DNA from: Malacoraja senta
Lineage: Eukaryota
Length of the DNA stretch: 64,000 nt
Reading direction: 5' to 3'
Assembly (NCBI GenBank): GCA_038087875.1
Contig: CM075991.1
Location: 9,860,001-9,924,000 of the forward strand
A program made the translations under genes and the position numbers. This document shows positions 12,701 through 24,472 of this stretch, in pieces. Numbering within the stretch: the stretch's first letter is position 1; each line of letters starts with the position of its first letter. The notes beneath the pieces were generated by a model that saw only the letters and a list, made by a program, of their open reading frames with translations, made no database searches and had not been told where the DNA came from.

Positions 12701-13395
12701 CAGATTTAACCTTAAATCTGCTTTAGGAACAAGTTGTACATTAGGAACCATTTACAACTTTAGTGAGGCCAATTAACCTACAAACCTTTGGAGGAGTGTG
12801 GGAGGAAACCGGAGCACCTCGAGAAAACCCACGCAGTCACAGGGAAGGACGTTCAAACTCCATACAGACAGCACCCATGGTCAGAATTGAACACAGGCCT
12901 CTGGTATTGTAAGGCAGCAACTCTACCGCTGTGCCACCGTGCCAACTGATGGTGAAATCTTTTGTGCAATTGGCAACTACTGGATGAGACCCAGGATGTG
13001 CTCAACAGAAATCAAATTGGAGAATGCGGAAGAACCCATTGCACATCATTCCCTGCATGGAACCAGTTAAGTGCAGTTCCAGCCAACCAGAGAGGTGGTG
13101 AAGAGGCATTGAATGAGGATAATGCGCTCAAACCTGTGATGAACTGTAGGCTGATAGGGAGGATTCCTTTACCTCTGCTCTGGTCACTGAAGAGCAACAA
13201 AGGCAATTGAAATCCCAATGGAGAGATTCAAAGATGGAATGGAAAAAAATAGTGAACAACTCCAGGTGGGCAACCATTTGGAGAGGGAAAGGGAAATTGG
13301 AGATTGGGAGTGGTGGTCAAGGTTGAAGATGGTCAAGGGTTGGTATGTTGAGGAGAGCAGTACAAGTGGCATATGGGAAGAGGGGGAAAGAGTTA

Positions 13396-13713
13396 AAGCC
13401 CTGTCCCACTGTACGAGTTCATTCCAAGAGCTCTCCCGAGTTTCCCCGATTCGAACTCGGAGATTTACGGTAATGGCCGCTCGTCGGTACTCGGGGCTCT
13501 CGTGGACATTTTTCAACATGTTGAAAAATCTTCACGAGTCTTCCCGAGCTTACTGCGTTTCCCGAGTACCTGCCGTTAGCGTTACGAGCCGCTAAGAGAC
13601 GTCCCCGAGCTCCGACGTACCCGCTACGTTCATTCTACGTGCTTACCACGAGTTAGATTTTTTTTAAAACTCGGGAGAGCTCTTGAATGACCTCGTACAG
13701 TGGGACAGGGCTA
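13396..13713. mobile_element. Harbinger-like MITE
   Basis: TIRs AAGCCCTGTCCCACTGTACGAG / CTCGTACAGTGGGACAGGGCTA; TSD TTA/TTA. Confidence 0.85.
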
Positions 13714-15640
13714 TTAGTTTAGTTTGGTTTAGAGATACAGCTCGGAAACAGGCCCTTCGGCCCACCGAGTCCACACGGGCCAGCAATCCCCGCACATTAA
13801 CACTATCCTACACACACTAGGGACAATTTACATTTACCAAGCCAATTAACCTACAAACCTGCACGTCTTTGGAGTGTGGGAGGAAACCGAAGATCTCGGA
13901 GAAAACCCACAAGGTCACGGGGAGAATGTACAAACTCTGTACAGACTAAGCACCCATAGTCGGGATCGAACCTGGGTCTCTGCTGCTGCGCCACCGTGAC
14001 CATCTGAGTTATTTACAACATGGGGATCACGAGGAAAGTTAAGTGGCTCAGGTTTGGTGGGTATGGTTGAAACTCACACAATCAATGGGACAATTAATAA
14101 ATTCCACAGAGGCAGCATCTGAGGTCAGAATCTTACCCGGGTATCTGGTGCCGTGAGGCAGTGCCTTTACCAGCTGCGCCAATGTGCCGCACCTAACTTC
14201 TGCTTGTGTGCATGCATGATTGAATGGGGTACAGTGAATGTCTATACATGTGATGCATGTGCGTATATGCACGGGTGTGCAGCAGAATATGCAACTGGGT
14301 GCACATTTACAAAATCTTCCGAAAATTATGTTTCCACAAAGCAGAAGTGTAAACTGTACAATTGTAAAATGTCTGACAATTGCAATGACTTCCATATTTT
14401 TAAAGTAACAATTTCCAAAATTAATTAAATTTCTTGGGGTAACGTCCAACAAAGTAAGCGGGATAGATGAAAGGTGTTGTGCATTGAAATCAGCGATGGG
14501 CACGACTGTTTTAGGATCATCCCGGCAAAGAAGAGGAAGGAAAAGTGGATGAGGCGGATTTGATAACAGGAGCAAAACACACCTGAAATTCCCTGCAGTG
14601 AAAAGCGCGGAGAGCAAATCCAGGCAGTTCTTCCAGGGGTTCAGAATCCCCCCCCCCCCCCTTTCCACATTTTCATTCCTTCTGCTCGTATCCACCGGAG
14701 GTTTAACGTCCTGGAAGTGTCAAAAATCTGAATGTTCTGGAGAAAATCAATCGCCCGCCGCTGGCAATTCCCTCTCTCTCTCCCTTAGCTAATCCACTAT
14801 CCCTCCACACTTTCTCCTTTCCGCAGGCAACCGAAAAAGAAAAAAAGGAATGCTTTGGTTCCCTACGTCCCACTGCACTTCCAGTCAAACAGGCCCACGC
14901 TCTGCCTGTCTCCAACCTGTCATTTTTATACTAGTCAGCCATGCCTGCTGTTTCTGATTGCTATGTATTGTAGGACAGCGAGGGTCCCATCCAATGCGGT
15001 TAATAACTGAGCCTTGAGGGAAGTTTATGAAAATGTACAAACCTTTCTTTTATCAAGTTATTTATTCCTCCATTACCATGGTCCCAGTGGAATGCCGCCC
15101 AGAGGCCGAGCAGGTGACTTCTTCCAGATCTCCATCAATTATTTTGAGACTAGTCTGGCAAGGACATTCCCTCTCATATGTTTTGCCCTTCTTATTGGGA
15201 AGCCTTTGGAATACAAATCTTAGAGGAGACAGTCCCTTTGCAATCATGGAGGCCTACAGCACAGTGGGGTGGTACTCAGGCGTCACTGATTCTGGTGGTG
15301 GGCGCTTTCGTGCTTCCACATACAACCCAAGGGTTCCACATACAACCCAACCCCTCTACTGAGAGAGAGTTCCCACCCAAAAACGTCACTTATTCCTTTT
15401 CTCCAGAGATGGTGCCTGACCCACTGAGTTACTCCAGCGTGGGTTTGCTCCGAGATCTTTGGTTTCCTCCCACACGTACAGGTCTGTAGGCTAATTGGCT
15501 TGGTTTAAGTGTAAATTATCCCTGGTGTGTGTAGGAAAGTGTTAACGTGCGGGGATCGCTGGTTGGTGGGCAGGAAGGGCCTGTTTCTGCACTGTATCTC
15601 AAAAGTCTAAAGTGTCATGACCGGTACAAAGAACAGGTTA

Positions 15641-15868
15641 TGGGCCTGTCCCACTTTCACGACCTAATTCATGACCTCTGCCGAGTTTGCCCTTGATTCA
15701 TACTCACAGCACGGTCGTCACGAGGTCGTAGGTAGGTCGTAGCAGGCCGTGATGCTAGTCGTAGGTACTCGTGGCATCAAGTAGGTCGGGGCATTTTTTC
15801 TAGCCTGATGAAAAATGTCCACGAGTAAAAAAGGTCGTGAATTAGGTTGTGAAAGTGGGACAGGTCCT
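15641..15868. mobile_element. Harbinger-like MITE, second subfamily (228 bp)
   Basis: TIRs TGGGCCTGTCCCACTTTCACGACCTAATTCA / TGAATTAGGTTGTGAAAGTGGGACAGGTCCT; flanks TTA/TCA; splits the SINE sequence caggTTA|attggcttcgg. Confidence 0.8.
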
Positions 15869-18800
15869 TCAATTGGCTTCGGTAAAAAAAAACTGTAAAT
15901 TGTCCCTAGGACAGTGCTACTAAAGTAAACATATTGTATCTATCTTTTGTACCCATCTTGCTCACTTTCCCCTTCATTTCAAATTACACTCCCTCATTCA
16001 TGGGCAGGCTCTTCACTGTTTTTTTTGCAAAGACTCAGAAAACCACCCCGTTCATGGGGCATTTAGGGCCAAGCCAACGATAGCCACATCTCATGAATGA
16101 ATTGAGAGAAAAAAAACCTGCTCCAGTTGTGTATCTACCGGCAGATTTATTTGCCTGTTTGGGAGTGCAGTCTCCTCCCTCCAACTCTCCCAACAGTACA
16201 CAATGTAGAACACACTGCAAACCACTTCATCAAATTTCTCCTCCTCAGCATTGTTTTGGAGAATTAAGTAGGACACTTATTTCAACTCACTGGGTTTATG
16301 AAATACATCATAAATCAAGAACCATGTCACATTGTGACTTTGCTGTTGACATCCTTCATTACTCAAATGCTTTTTGGTTGCTGTAGGCTTCCTTTAACAA
16401 CAAGTGCCGTATTTCAGAAATCAGAAAACTGAAACGCTTGCCTTTGTTTAAAAGTGTACATCGTATTCAACTTGGCTTTCTCTTCATATATCTGAAGTGC
16501 CTTAGTCGAAGTTACAGCCTGGAGTATATAACAGAGTGAAGGGCACAAAGAACTATCGTAAATTCGGGAGGAAGACAAGAGACAATAGGTGCAGGAGTAG
16601 GCCATTCGGCCCTTCGAGCCATTCAATGTGATCATGGCTGATCATCCCCAATCAGTACCCCGTTCCTGCTTTCTCCCAATATCCCCTGACTCCGCTATGT
16701 TTAAGAGCCCTATCTAGCTCTCTCTTGAAAGCATCCAGAGAACACGCCTCCACCGCCCTCTGAGGCAGAGAATTCCACAGACTCACCACTCTTTGTGAGA
16801 AAAAGTGTTTCCTCGTCTCCGTTCCAAATGTGTTTTGAGACACAGAGTCCAGGTGCTAGGACAAGGTAGGAATGTGGGAGAACACTCTCCACCTGCCTGG
16901 ATGAGTACAGATCCGATAGCCCTCCTATATAATGGCTGATGGGTTCCCAGAGATTCACCCTGGGAAAATTCGTGACATTTTTTAAAATTCACTCTCAGGG
17001 AATCTTTACGAAAACAGGTAAACAAACACAAAATTTAAAGATAAAACATTAAATTTATATTTTTTCATTTGACGTCTCGGACGAATGCGTGGATGATGAG
17101 GCGTGGCATTGTGGAAAATTGTATTGGGGCGGCTCGATGGTGCAGCAGTAGAGTTGCTGCCTCACAGCGCCAGAAACCCGGGTTTGATCCTGACTATGGG
17201 TGCTGTCTCTACGGAGTTTGTACGTGACCCCGTAGGTTTTCTCCGGGAGCTCTGGATTCCTCCCACACCCTCCAAAGATGTACAGGTTTGTAGGTTAATT
17301 GGCCTCGGTGAAATTGTAAATTGTCCCCTAGTGCTATGTAGGATAGTGCTAGTGTACGGGGTGACCACTGGTCAGCGTCGACTCGGTGGGCCAAAGGGCC
17401 TGTTTCTGCGCTGTAACTCCAAAGTCTAAATTGTCATGACCTGTACAAACGACAGGTTAATTGGCTTCGGTTTAAAAAAATTGTAAATTGTCCCTAGTTT
17501 GTAGGATAGTGATAATGTACGGGGGTTGTGGGTTAGCGCAGACTCGATGGGCCGAAGGGCCTGTTTCTGCGCTGTGTCTCTAAAATCAACTAATATAATT
17601 TTCCAGGAAGGCAACCTCTGTAACTTGGGGTTGCTTGTACATTAACAAGATCAAAGTAACCCACTTGGTTTGTAGACTAAATACCAGCACAAACATTGAT
17701 TACCTCTGTCACCGAGATACATCACAGCCAATGTTCACCTCCTTGAAAATGCATTAAGTCGGGCTGCACTTGATGCCCCCTCCCAACCCTGTCACCCTCC
17801 ACCAACTAGAATGAGAAGATCATCAGTTGCAAAGGGATTTCCCACCACTTCTAAGACAACCTGAACACACACACACAGAGAGTGGTGAACACAGCCCACT
17901 CCATCCCAGGCTTGTCCCATCCCTCCACCCAGTCCATATTCACGGTGCCTTGCATCAGCAAGGCTGGAAGTACCGTCAAGGACATCTGCCGTTCTGCTGT
18001 CTTTTCGTGTCTTTCTTCTACATTATGGGGGAAATGATGCAGGAGCTGGAATGCCTGGAAGCTCAGACTTAAGAATAGCTTCTTCCCCACTGCTATTGGG
18101 CTCTTCATCCCTCCTCCCCTCCCATTCCAGAATTGCTGAACAAACTTTCACTCTTAACCCTACCTAGTTTGGTTATTTTTGTTATTAGCTTCAGTATATT
18201 TTTGGACTTCTTCAGATTACACCGCACCCTTGCATCATTCTGCTATTTTGCTCCCATCATTGTATCTGTCCTCTCTTTACCCTGTGAGTTTTAAACGAAC
18301 AAGGGCTTTCTTTGCATCCTGGAGTATATTGCAATGAACTCATTTAAATCTGAATCTGAATCCCGACACATCAGAGCTTACTAGAAGGATGTGGAGGCTT
18401 TGGTGAGGGTGCAGGGGAGGTTTACCTGAATGCTGCTGGATTAGAGGGTCTATACGAAGAGGTTGGACGAACTTGAACTGTTTCCTCTGAAGTATTGAAG
18501 ACTGAGGGGATGCATGATAGAAGTATCTAACATGATGAGGGGAAGAATGAGGTTAGACAGTCAGAAAGTTTTCCCCCAGTGTGGAGATATTAAAGGCTAG
18601 AGGACTTAGCTTTAATTCAAGTCAAGTCAAGTCAATTTTATTTCTATAGCACATTTAAAAACAACTCTCGTTGACCAAAGTGCTTTACATCAGTGCAGGT
18701 ACTAACATGCTACATACAGTGGTACATAGATCTAACAATACATACATAAATACATACATACAGCGCTCCCTCAGAGGACCTCAAGTAACGCTTGTGCGTA

Positions 18801-19319
18801 GAAATAGGTTTTAAGTCTAGACTTAAAGGAGTGGATGGAGGGGGCAGTTCTGATGAGAAGAGGGATGCTGTTCCACAGTCTAGGTGCTGCAACCGCAAAA
18901 GTGCGGTCGCCCCTGAGCTTAAACCTGGACCGCGGGATGGTCAGTAACCCCAAGTCGGCCAACCTGGGTGAGGGACCTGGAGGTAGAATGGTGGATTAGC
19001 AGATTTTGGATGTAGGTGGGGGCAAGCCCGTTAAGGGCTTTGGATACATTTAAGGTGAGAGGGGCAAAGTTTAAAGAAGATATGCAGGGAACGTTTTTTC
19101 ACACGGCGAGGGATGTGTGCCTGAAGCACACTGCTTGGACTGGTGGTGGAGGCGGATACAATAGTGACATTTAAAGGGGGTTGAGATAGGCAATGGATAT
19201 GCAGGGTATGGAGGAATATGGATCACGTACAGGCAAAGGAGATAATTTAACTTGGCATTATGTTCAGCATAGACATTGTGGGCTGAAGGGCCTGTGCTGC
19301 GCTGTTCTATGGTCCGTGT

Positions 19320-19640
19320 TTAGTTTAGTTCAGAGATACAGTGCGGAAACAGGCCCTTCGGCCCACCGAATCCGTACCAACCAGCGATCTCCACACATTA
19401 ACACTATCCTACACACACTAGGGGACAATTTTACACTTATACCAAGCCAATCAACCTACAAACCAGTACGTCTTTGGAGTGTGGGAGGAAACCGGAGCAC
19501 CCAGAGAAAACCCACGCAGGTCAAGGGGGGAACGTACAAACTCCGTACAGACAGCACCCTTAGTCGGGATCGAACCCTGGACTCTGATGCTGCAAGCGCT
19601 GTAGGGCAGCAACTTTACCGCTGCACCACCATGCCGCCAT
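19320..19640 (-). mobile_element. V-SINE (HE1-like), full length, reverse
   Basis: Reverse complement of head, V-domain and tail; (TTTAG)n at the left end. Other reverse copies at about 13714-14000, 32073-32355, 32980-33285, 38872-39200, 45075-45530, 54965-55255 and 59635-59915. Confidence 0.85.
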
Positions 19641-19699
19641 GTATTGCTGCCCTATACTGATATGCTGTATATTATTGCTGGATCTAAATCCTGAAACAT

Positions 19700-20200
19700 C
19701 CAACCATGCCCCATTGTAGCATCACCTTCATGCCCTGTCGCACTTACAAATGGTGCCGTTCCCTTCCACTCGCCCTTCTGGATGGTAGATGTAGCGTGTT
19801 TGGGAGGTGGTCTTGGAATAGCCTGGAGAAGTGCCGGCCCCACACAAGCCAACTTCCCTTCCATTTATACCTCACGCTGCCTCCGCAAGGCCAGCAGCAT
19901 AATCAAAGATGTCGCACCCTGGCCATTCACCCTCCTACCCTCTCCCATCAGGCAAAAGGTACAGAAGTGTGAAAACGCACACCTCCAGATTCAGGGACAG
20001 TTTCTTCCCAGCTGTTATCAGGTAACTGAACCATCCTACCACAACTAGAGAGCAGTCCTGAACTACTTTCTACCTCATTGGAGACCCTCGGACTGTCTTT
20101 GATTGGACTTTACTGGCTTTATCCTGCACTAAACATTATTCCCTTCATCATGTATCTTTACACTGCGGATGACTCAAATGTAATCATGTATTGTCTTTCA
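19700..20200 (+). mobile_element. Rex1/Babar-like LINE 3' fragment
   Basis: Degenerate SIYTSRCLRKASSIIKD..HP...GKRYRSVKTHTSRFRDSFFPAVIR. Reverse copies at about 25240-25682, 27635-28100 and 42988-43670; older copy at about 17830-18110. Confidence 0.7.
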
Positions 20201-20780
20201 GCCTTTCATCCTTCTTCAGTCTGAAGAAGGGTTTCAGCCTGAAACGTTGCCTATTTCCTTCACTCCATAGATGCTGCCGCACCCGCTGAGTTTCTCCAGC
20301 ATTTTTGTCCACCTTGTCTTTCAGCTGACTGGTTAGCCCGCAACAATAGTATTTCACAGTACACGCGACAATAAACTAATCTCAACGAAACTCAAAGGTA
20401 GACAATAATGCTGGCGAAACTCAGCGGGTGAGGCAGCATCTATGGAGCGAAGGAATAGGTGACGTTTCGGGTCGAGATCCTTCTTCAGACTGAACAACTA
20501 AATTCAACTCAGTTTGCAGATCATGTGCATAGAGCCCGTGCCTGGCACTGATCGAGGGAACACACCTTGAGGGGGTTTGATGGGGTACCGACCATCTTCT
20601 TCAGAACAGATAGAGATCGGCAATAAAATCCAATCGCCCCCCATCAATGATTTAATAGAAAAAGCAATATTTAATTTTCCTGCTTCACGTCCCGAGTGGA
20701 GGAGAGAAAAGTTTACTTGGATCTCAGGAGGAAGCACGGCATCGATGACTGTGACAGTATGAATGATAAATGTGTCATGA

Positions 20781-21044
<264 letters not shown>

Positions 21045-22638
21045 TAGATGGAGCACGTTGGTCAGTGTGGGCAAGTTGGGCCGAAGAGCCTGTTTCCACA
21101 TTGTATGACTATGACGATGATAACAAATGGATAAAGGCCATTGGGAGAATGGGAAACATTATCCCAGGTAGTTTGTAAAAGGCTACAGTTCTGTTCTGAG
21201 CCAAAAGTCTTCATTGCTGTTGAATCTGCCAGCTTCCATTAGGACTGACAAGTCCAGTCGTCCATAACTGATCTCCCTGCCTGATGAGGAAAAGAGGCAG
21301 GAGGGAGTGAGTCAGACTCGAACCAAGCACCGTGTAGAGTGAGCCAAAATCAGTCCAGTCAGCACAAAGGGAACAACAGTCAGCTAATTGATGAGTCGGA
21401 GAAGAAGGTTATCCAGAGGACCTTCTCTGAGCCGTAAAGTGCCGACACAGGAGGGAATGAATCCTGATGTGTCTCAGTGTTAAATAGTCACCTCTGCACT
21501 CCCATGGGTTGAGGAGAAGGGGTTCAAGGGATACAAGGGACTCCACCACGGAAGGGAAGATATTTTGTTTTGGCAATTTAGTTTTGGGCGGCACAATGGA
21601 GCAGCGGTAGAGTTGCTGCCTTCCTGCGCCAGAGACCCACATTCGATCCTGACTGCGGGTGCTACGTGTACGGAGTTTCTCCCTGTGACCGGATGGGTTT
21701 CTCCAGGTGCTCCGCTTTCCTCCCACATTCCAAAGAGATACAAATTTGTAGGTTAATTGCCTTCTGTAAATTGTCCCTAGTGTGTGGGATAGAACTAGTG
21801 TAAGGGCTGGTCGGTATCAACTTGATGTGCCACAGGGCCTGTTACCCTGTTACCACACTGTATCAGAGGATGTTTCCACTAGTGGGAGAGTCTAGGACCA
21901 AAGGTCATAGCCTCTGAATTAAATAACATTCCTTTAGGAAGATGAGGAGGAATTTCTTTAATCAGAGGGTGGTGAATCTGTGCAATTCATTACTGCCGAA
22001 GGCTGTGGAGGCCAATGGATAAATTTAAGGCAGAGATAGATAGATTCTTGATTAGTAGAAGTGTTAGGGGTTATGGTGAGAAGGCAGGAGACTGTGGTTG
22101 GGAGGGAAAGATAGATCAGGCATGATTGAATGGCGGAGTAGACTTGATGGGCCGAATGGCCTAATTCTGCTCCTATCATTTCTGAACTTATCTCTAAAAC
22201 TAAAACTAAAAACAATGGAATCATTCTATATTCTAACACTGAAGTGAAAAGGAGAAAAAGCAGTAACTGGGCATAGTGTGAATTAGACTCGTCAAATCAT
22301 TAGGACAATTATGGTTACAGAAAAGGCTGCAGAGACAGGGAGAGAGATCAGTTGAAGGTGAAAATAGGATGGAGTGTTAATAAATGGAAAGTATATTTCG
22401 CTTCCATCACTGTTATTGTTTCTCCTCCCTTAACGATAAACAAAGGCATAAAATTATGAGCGAATAGATAGGGCAAATGCAGTCTTTTACCCAAGGTAGG
22501 GGAATCAAAAACAAGAGGACATGTGTTTAAGGTGAGAAGGGGAAGATTTAGTAGGAACCTGAGGAGCGACCTTTTCACAGAAGAGTGTGGAGGTAAATGG
22601 AACAAGCTGCCAGAGGAAGTAGTTGATGCAGGTACCAT

Positions 22639-23446
22639 CAAAGATCTTATAGCGAGCAAGATGGTCCACTCGACGAAAAAGACGTAGTACGGTCATGGGG
22701 AGATTCATGGGTAATTTCCGTAACCGGCTTCCGTCTCCGCACCAAAGATCCCATAGGATAATAGTGCGGAGACGGAAGCCGGTTACGGAAACATCCTCGT
22801 AAAAATAAAAGTTATTTGGTAAAAATCTTCTCCTCATTTTCAGAATTTTAATTTATTAACACAAACTGTTCCCCTGCGACGTTGATTACACTGCGAGTCG
22901 GGTCTGGTCGGGTCGGGTCCGGTTACGGAAATGGATGAAAAAAAGGCCCACGTTCCGCTCCGTTGCGTACTACACGCTCGCTAGAATTTAGGAGATTGAG
23001 AGGGGATCTTATAGAAACGTACAAAATTCTTATGGGGTTGGACAGGCTAGATGCAGGAAGATTGTTCCCGATGTTGGGGAAGTCCAGGACAAGGGGTCAC
23101 AGCTTAAGGATAAGGGGGAAATCCTTTAAGACCGAGATGAGGAAAAACTTTTTCACACAGAGAGTGGTGAATCTCTGGAACTCTCTGCCACAGAGGGTAG
23201 TTGAGGCCAGTTCATTGGCTATATTTAAGAGGGAGTTAGATGTGGCCCTTGTGGCTAAAGGGATCAGGGGGTATGGAGAGAAGGCAGGTACGGGATACTG
23301 AGTTGGATGATCAGCCATGATCATATTGAATGGCGGTGCAGGCTCGAAGGGCCGAATGGCCTACTCCTGCACCTATTTTCTATGTATCTATGTAGCCCAT
23401 TGCATTTAGCAGGAGTGGTCCATCTTGCTCCACTATAGGATCTTTG
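22639..23446. mobile_element. hAT-type non-autonomous element, itself interrupted by a CR1 3' fragment (about 22977-23393)
   Basis: Roughly 32-bp TIRs CAAAGATCTTATAGCG-AGCAAGATGGTCCACT / AGTGGTCCATCTTGCTCCACTATAGGATCTTTG; perfect 8-bp TSD GGTACCAT (22631-22638, 23447-23454); CA...TG ends. Confidence 0.85.
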
Positions 23447-23636
23447 GGTACCATAACAGCATTTAAAAGACACTTGAACAGGTACATGGATAGGAAAGGT
23501 TTAAAGTGATACAGGGCAAAGGTGAGCAAATGGGACTAGCTTAGATGGGACATCTTAGTTGGAATGGATGTGTTTATCCATAGAGCCTGTTTCTATGCTC
23601 TCTGACTCTATGACTCTAAGCATCACACACCAGTGA

Positions 23637-23942
<306 letters not shown>

Positions 23943-24153
23943 TAGGCATGGTGCTTCAGGGAAGTGGGTGGGGGCTTGATATGAAAGTCCATGCGACTGG
24001 AGGTTGTCATGGCGACCACCAGCAGCTTGCAGCATTGAAATTTGTCCATCTCTTCCAAAACTTCGACTATTGTACACTCTAAGACGTACAGGTTTGTAGG
24101 CTAATTGGCCTATGTAAAATTGTAAATTGTCTCTGGTGTGTAGGATGGTGTTA

Positions 24154-24472
24154 TAGCCCTGTCCCACTGTACGAGTTCATTCCAAGAGCTTTCCCGAGTT
24201 TTAAAAAAATCCAATTTGTGGTAAGCACGGAGAATGAACGTAGCGGGTACGTCGGAGCTCGGGGACGTCTCTTAGCGCTAACGGCAGGTACTCGGGAAGA
24301 CTCGCTAACGGCAGGTAAGCACGGGAAGACTCGTGAAGATTGTTCAACATGATGAAAAATGTCCGCGAGAGCCCCGAGTGCCGACGAGCGGCCATTACCG
24401 TAAATCTCCGAGTTCGAATCAGGGCAACTCAGGAGAACTCTTGGAATGAACTCGTACCGTGGGACAGGGGTA
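24154..24472. mobile_element. Harbinger-like MITE (opposite orientation) inserted in a V-SINE
   Basis: TAGCCCTGTCCCACTGTACGAG / CTCGTACCGTGGGACAGGGGTA; flanks TTA/TAA. Confidence 0.85.

Noticed and set aside
14048..14695. 215-aa minus-strand ORF
   Set aside because: No recognisable domain, low-complexity middle, runs into a SINE remnant; likely chance.
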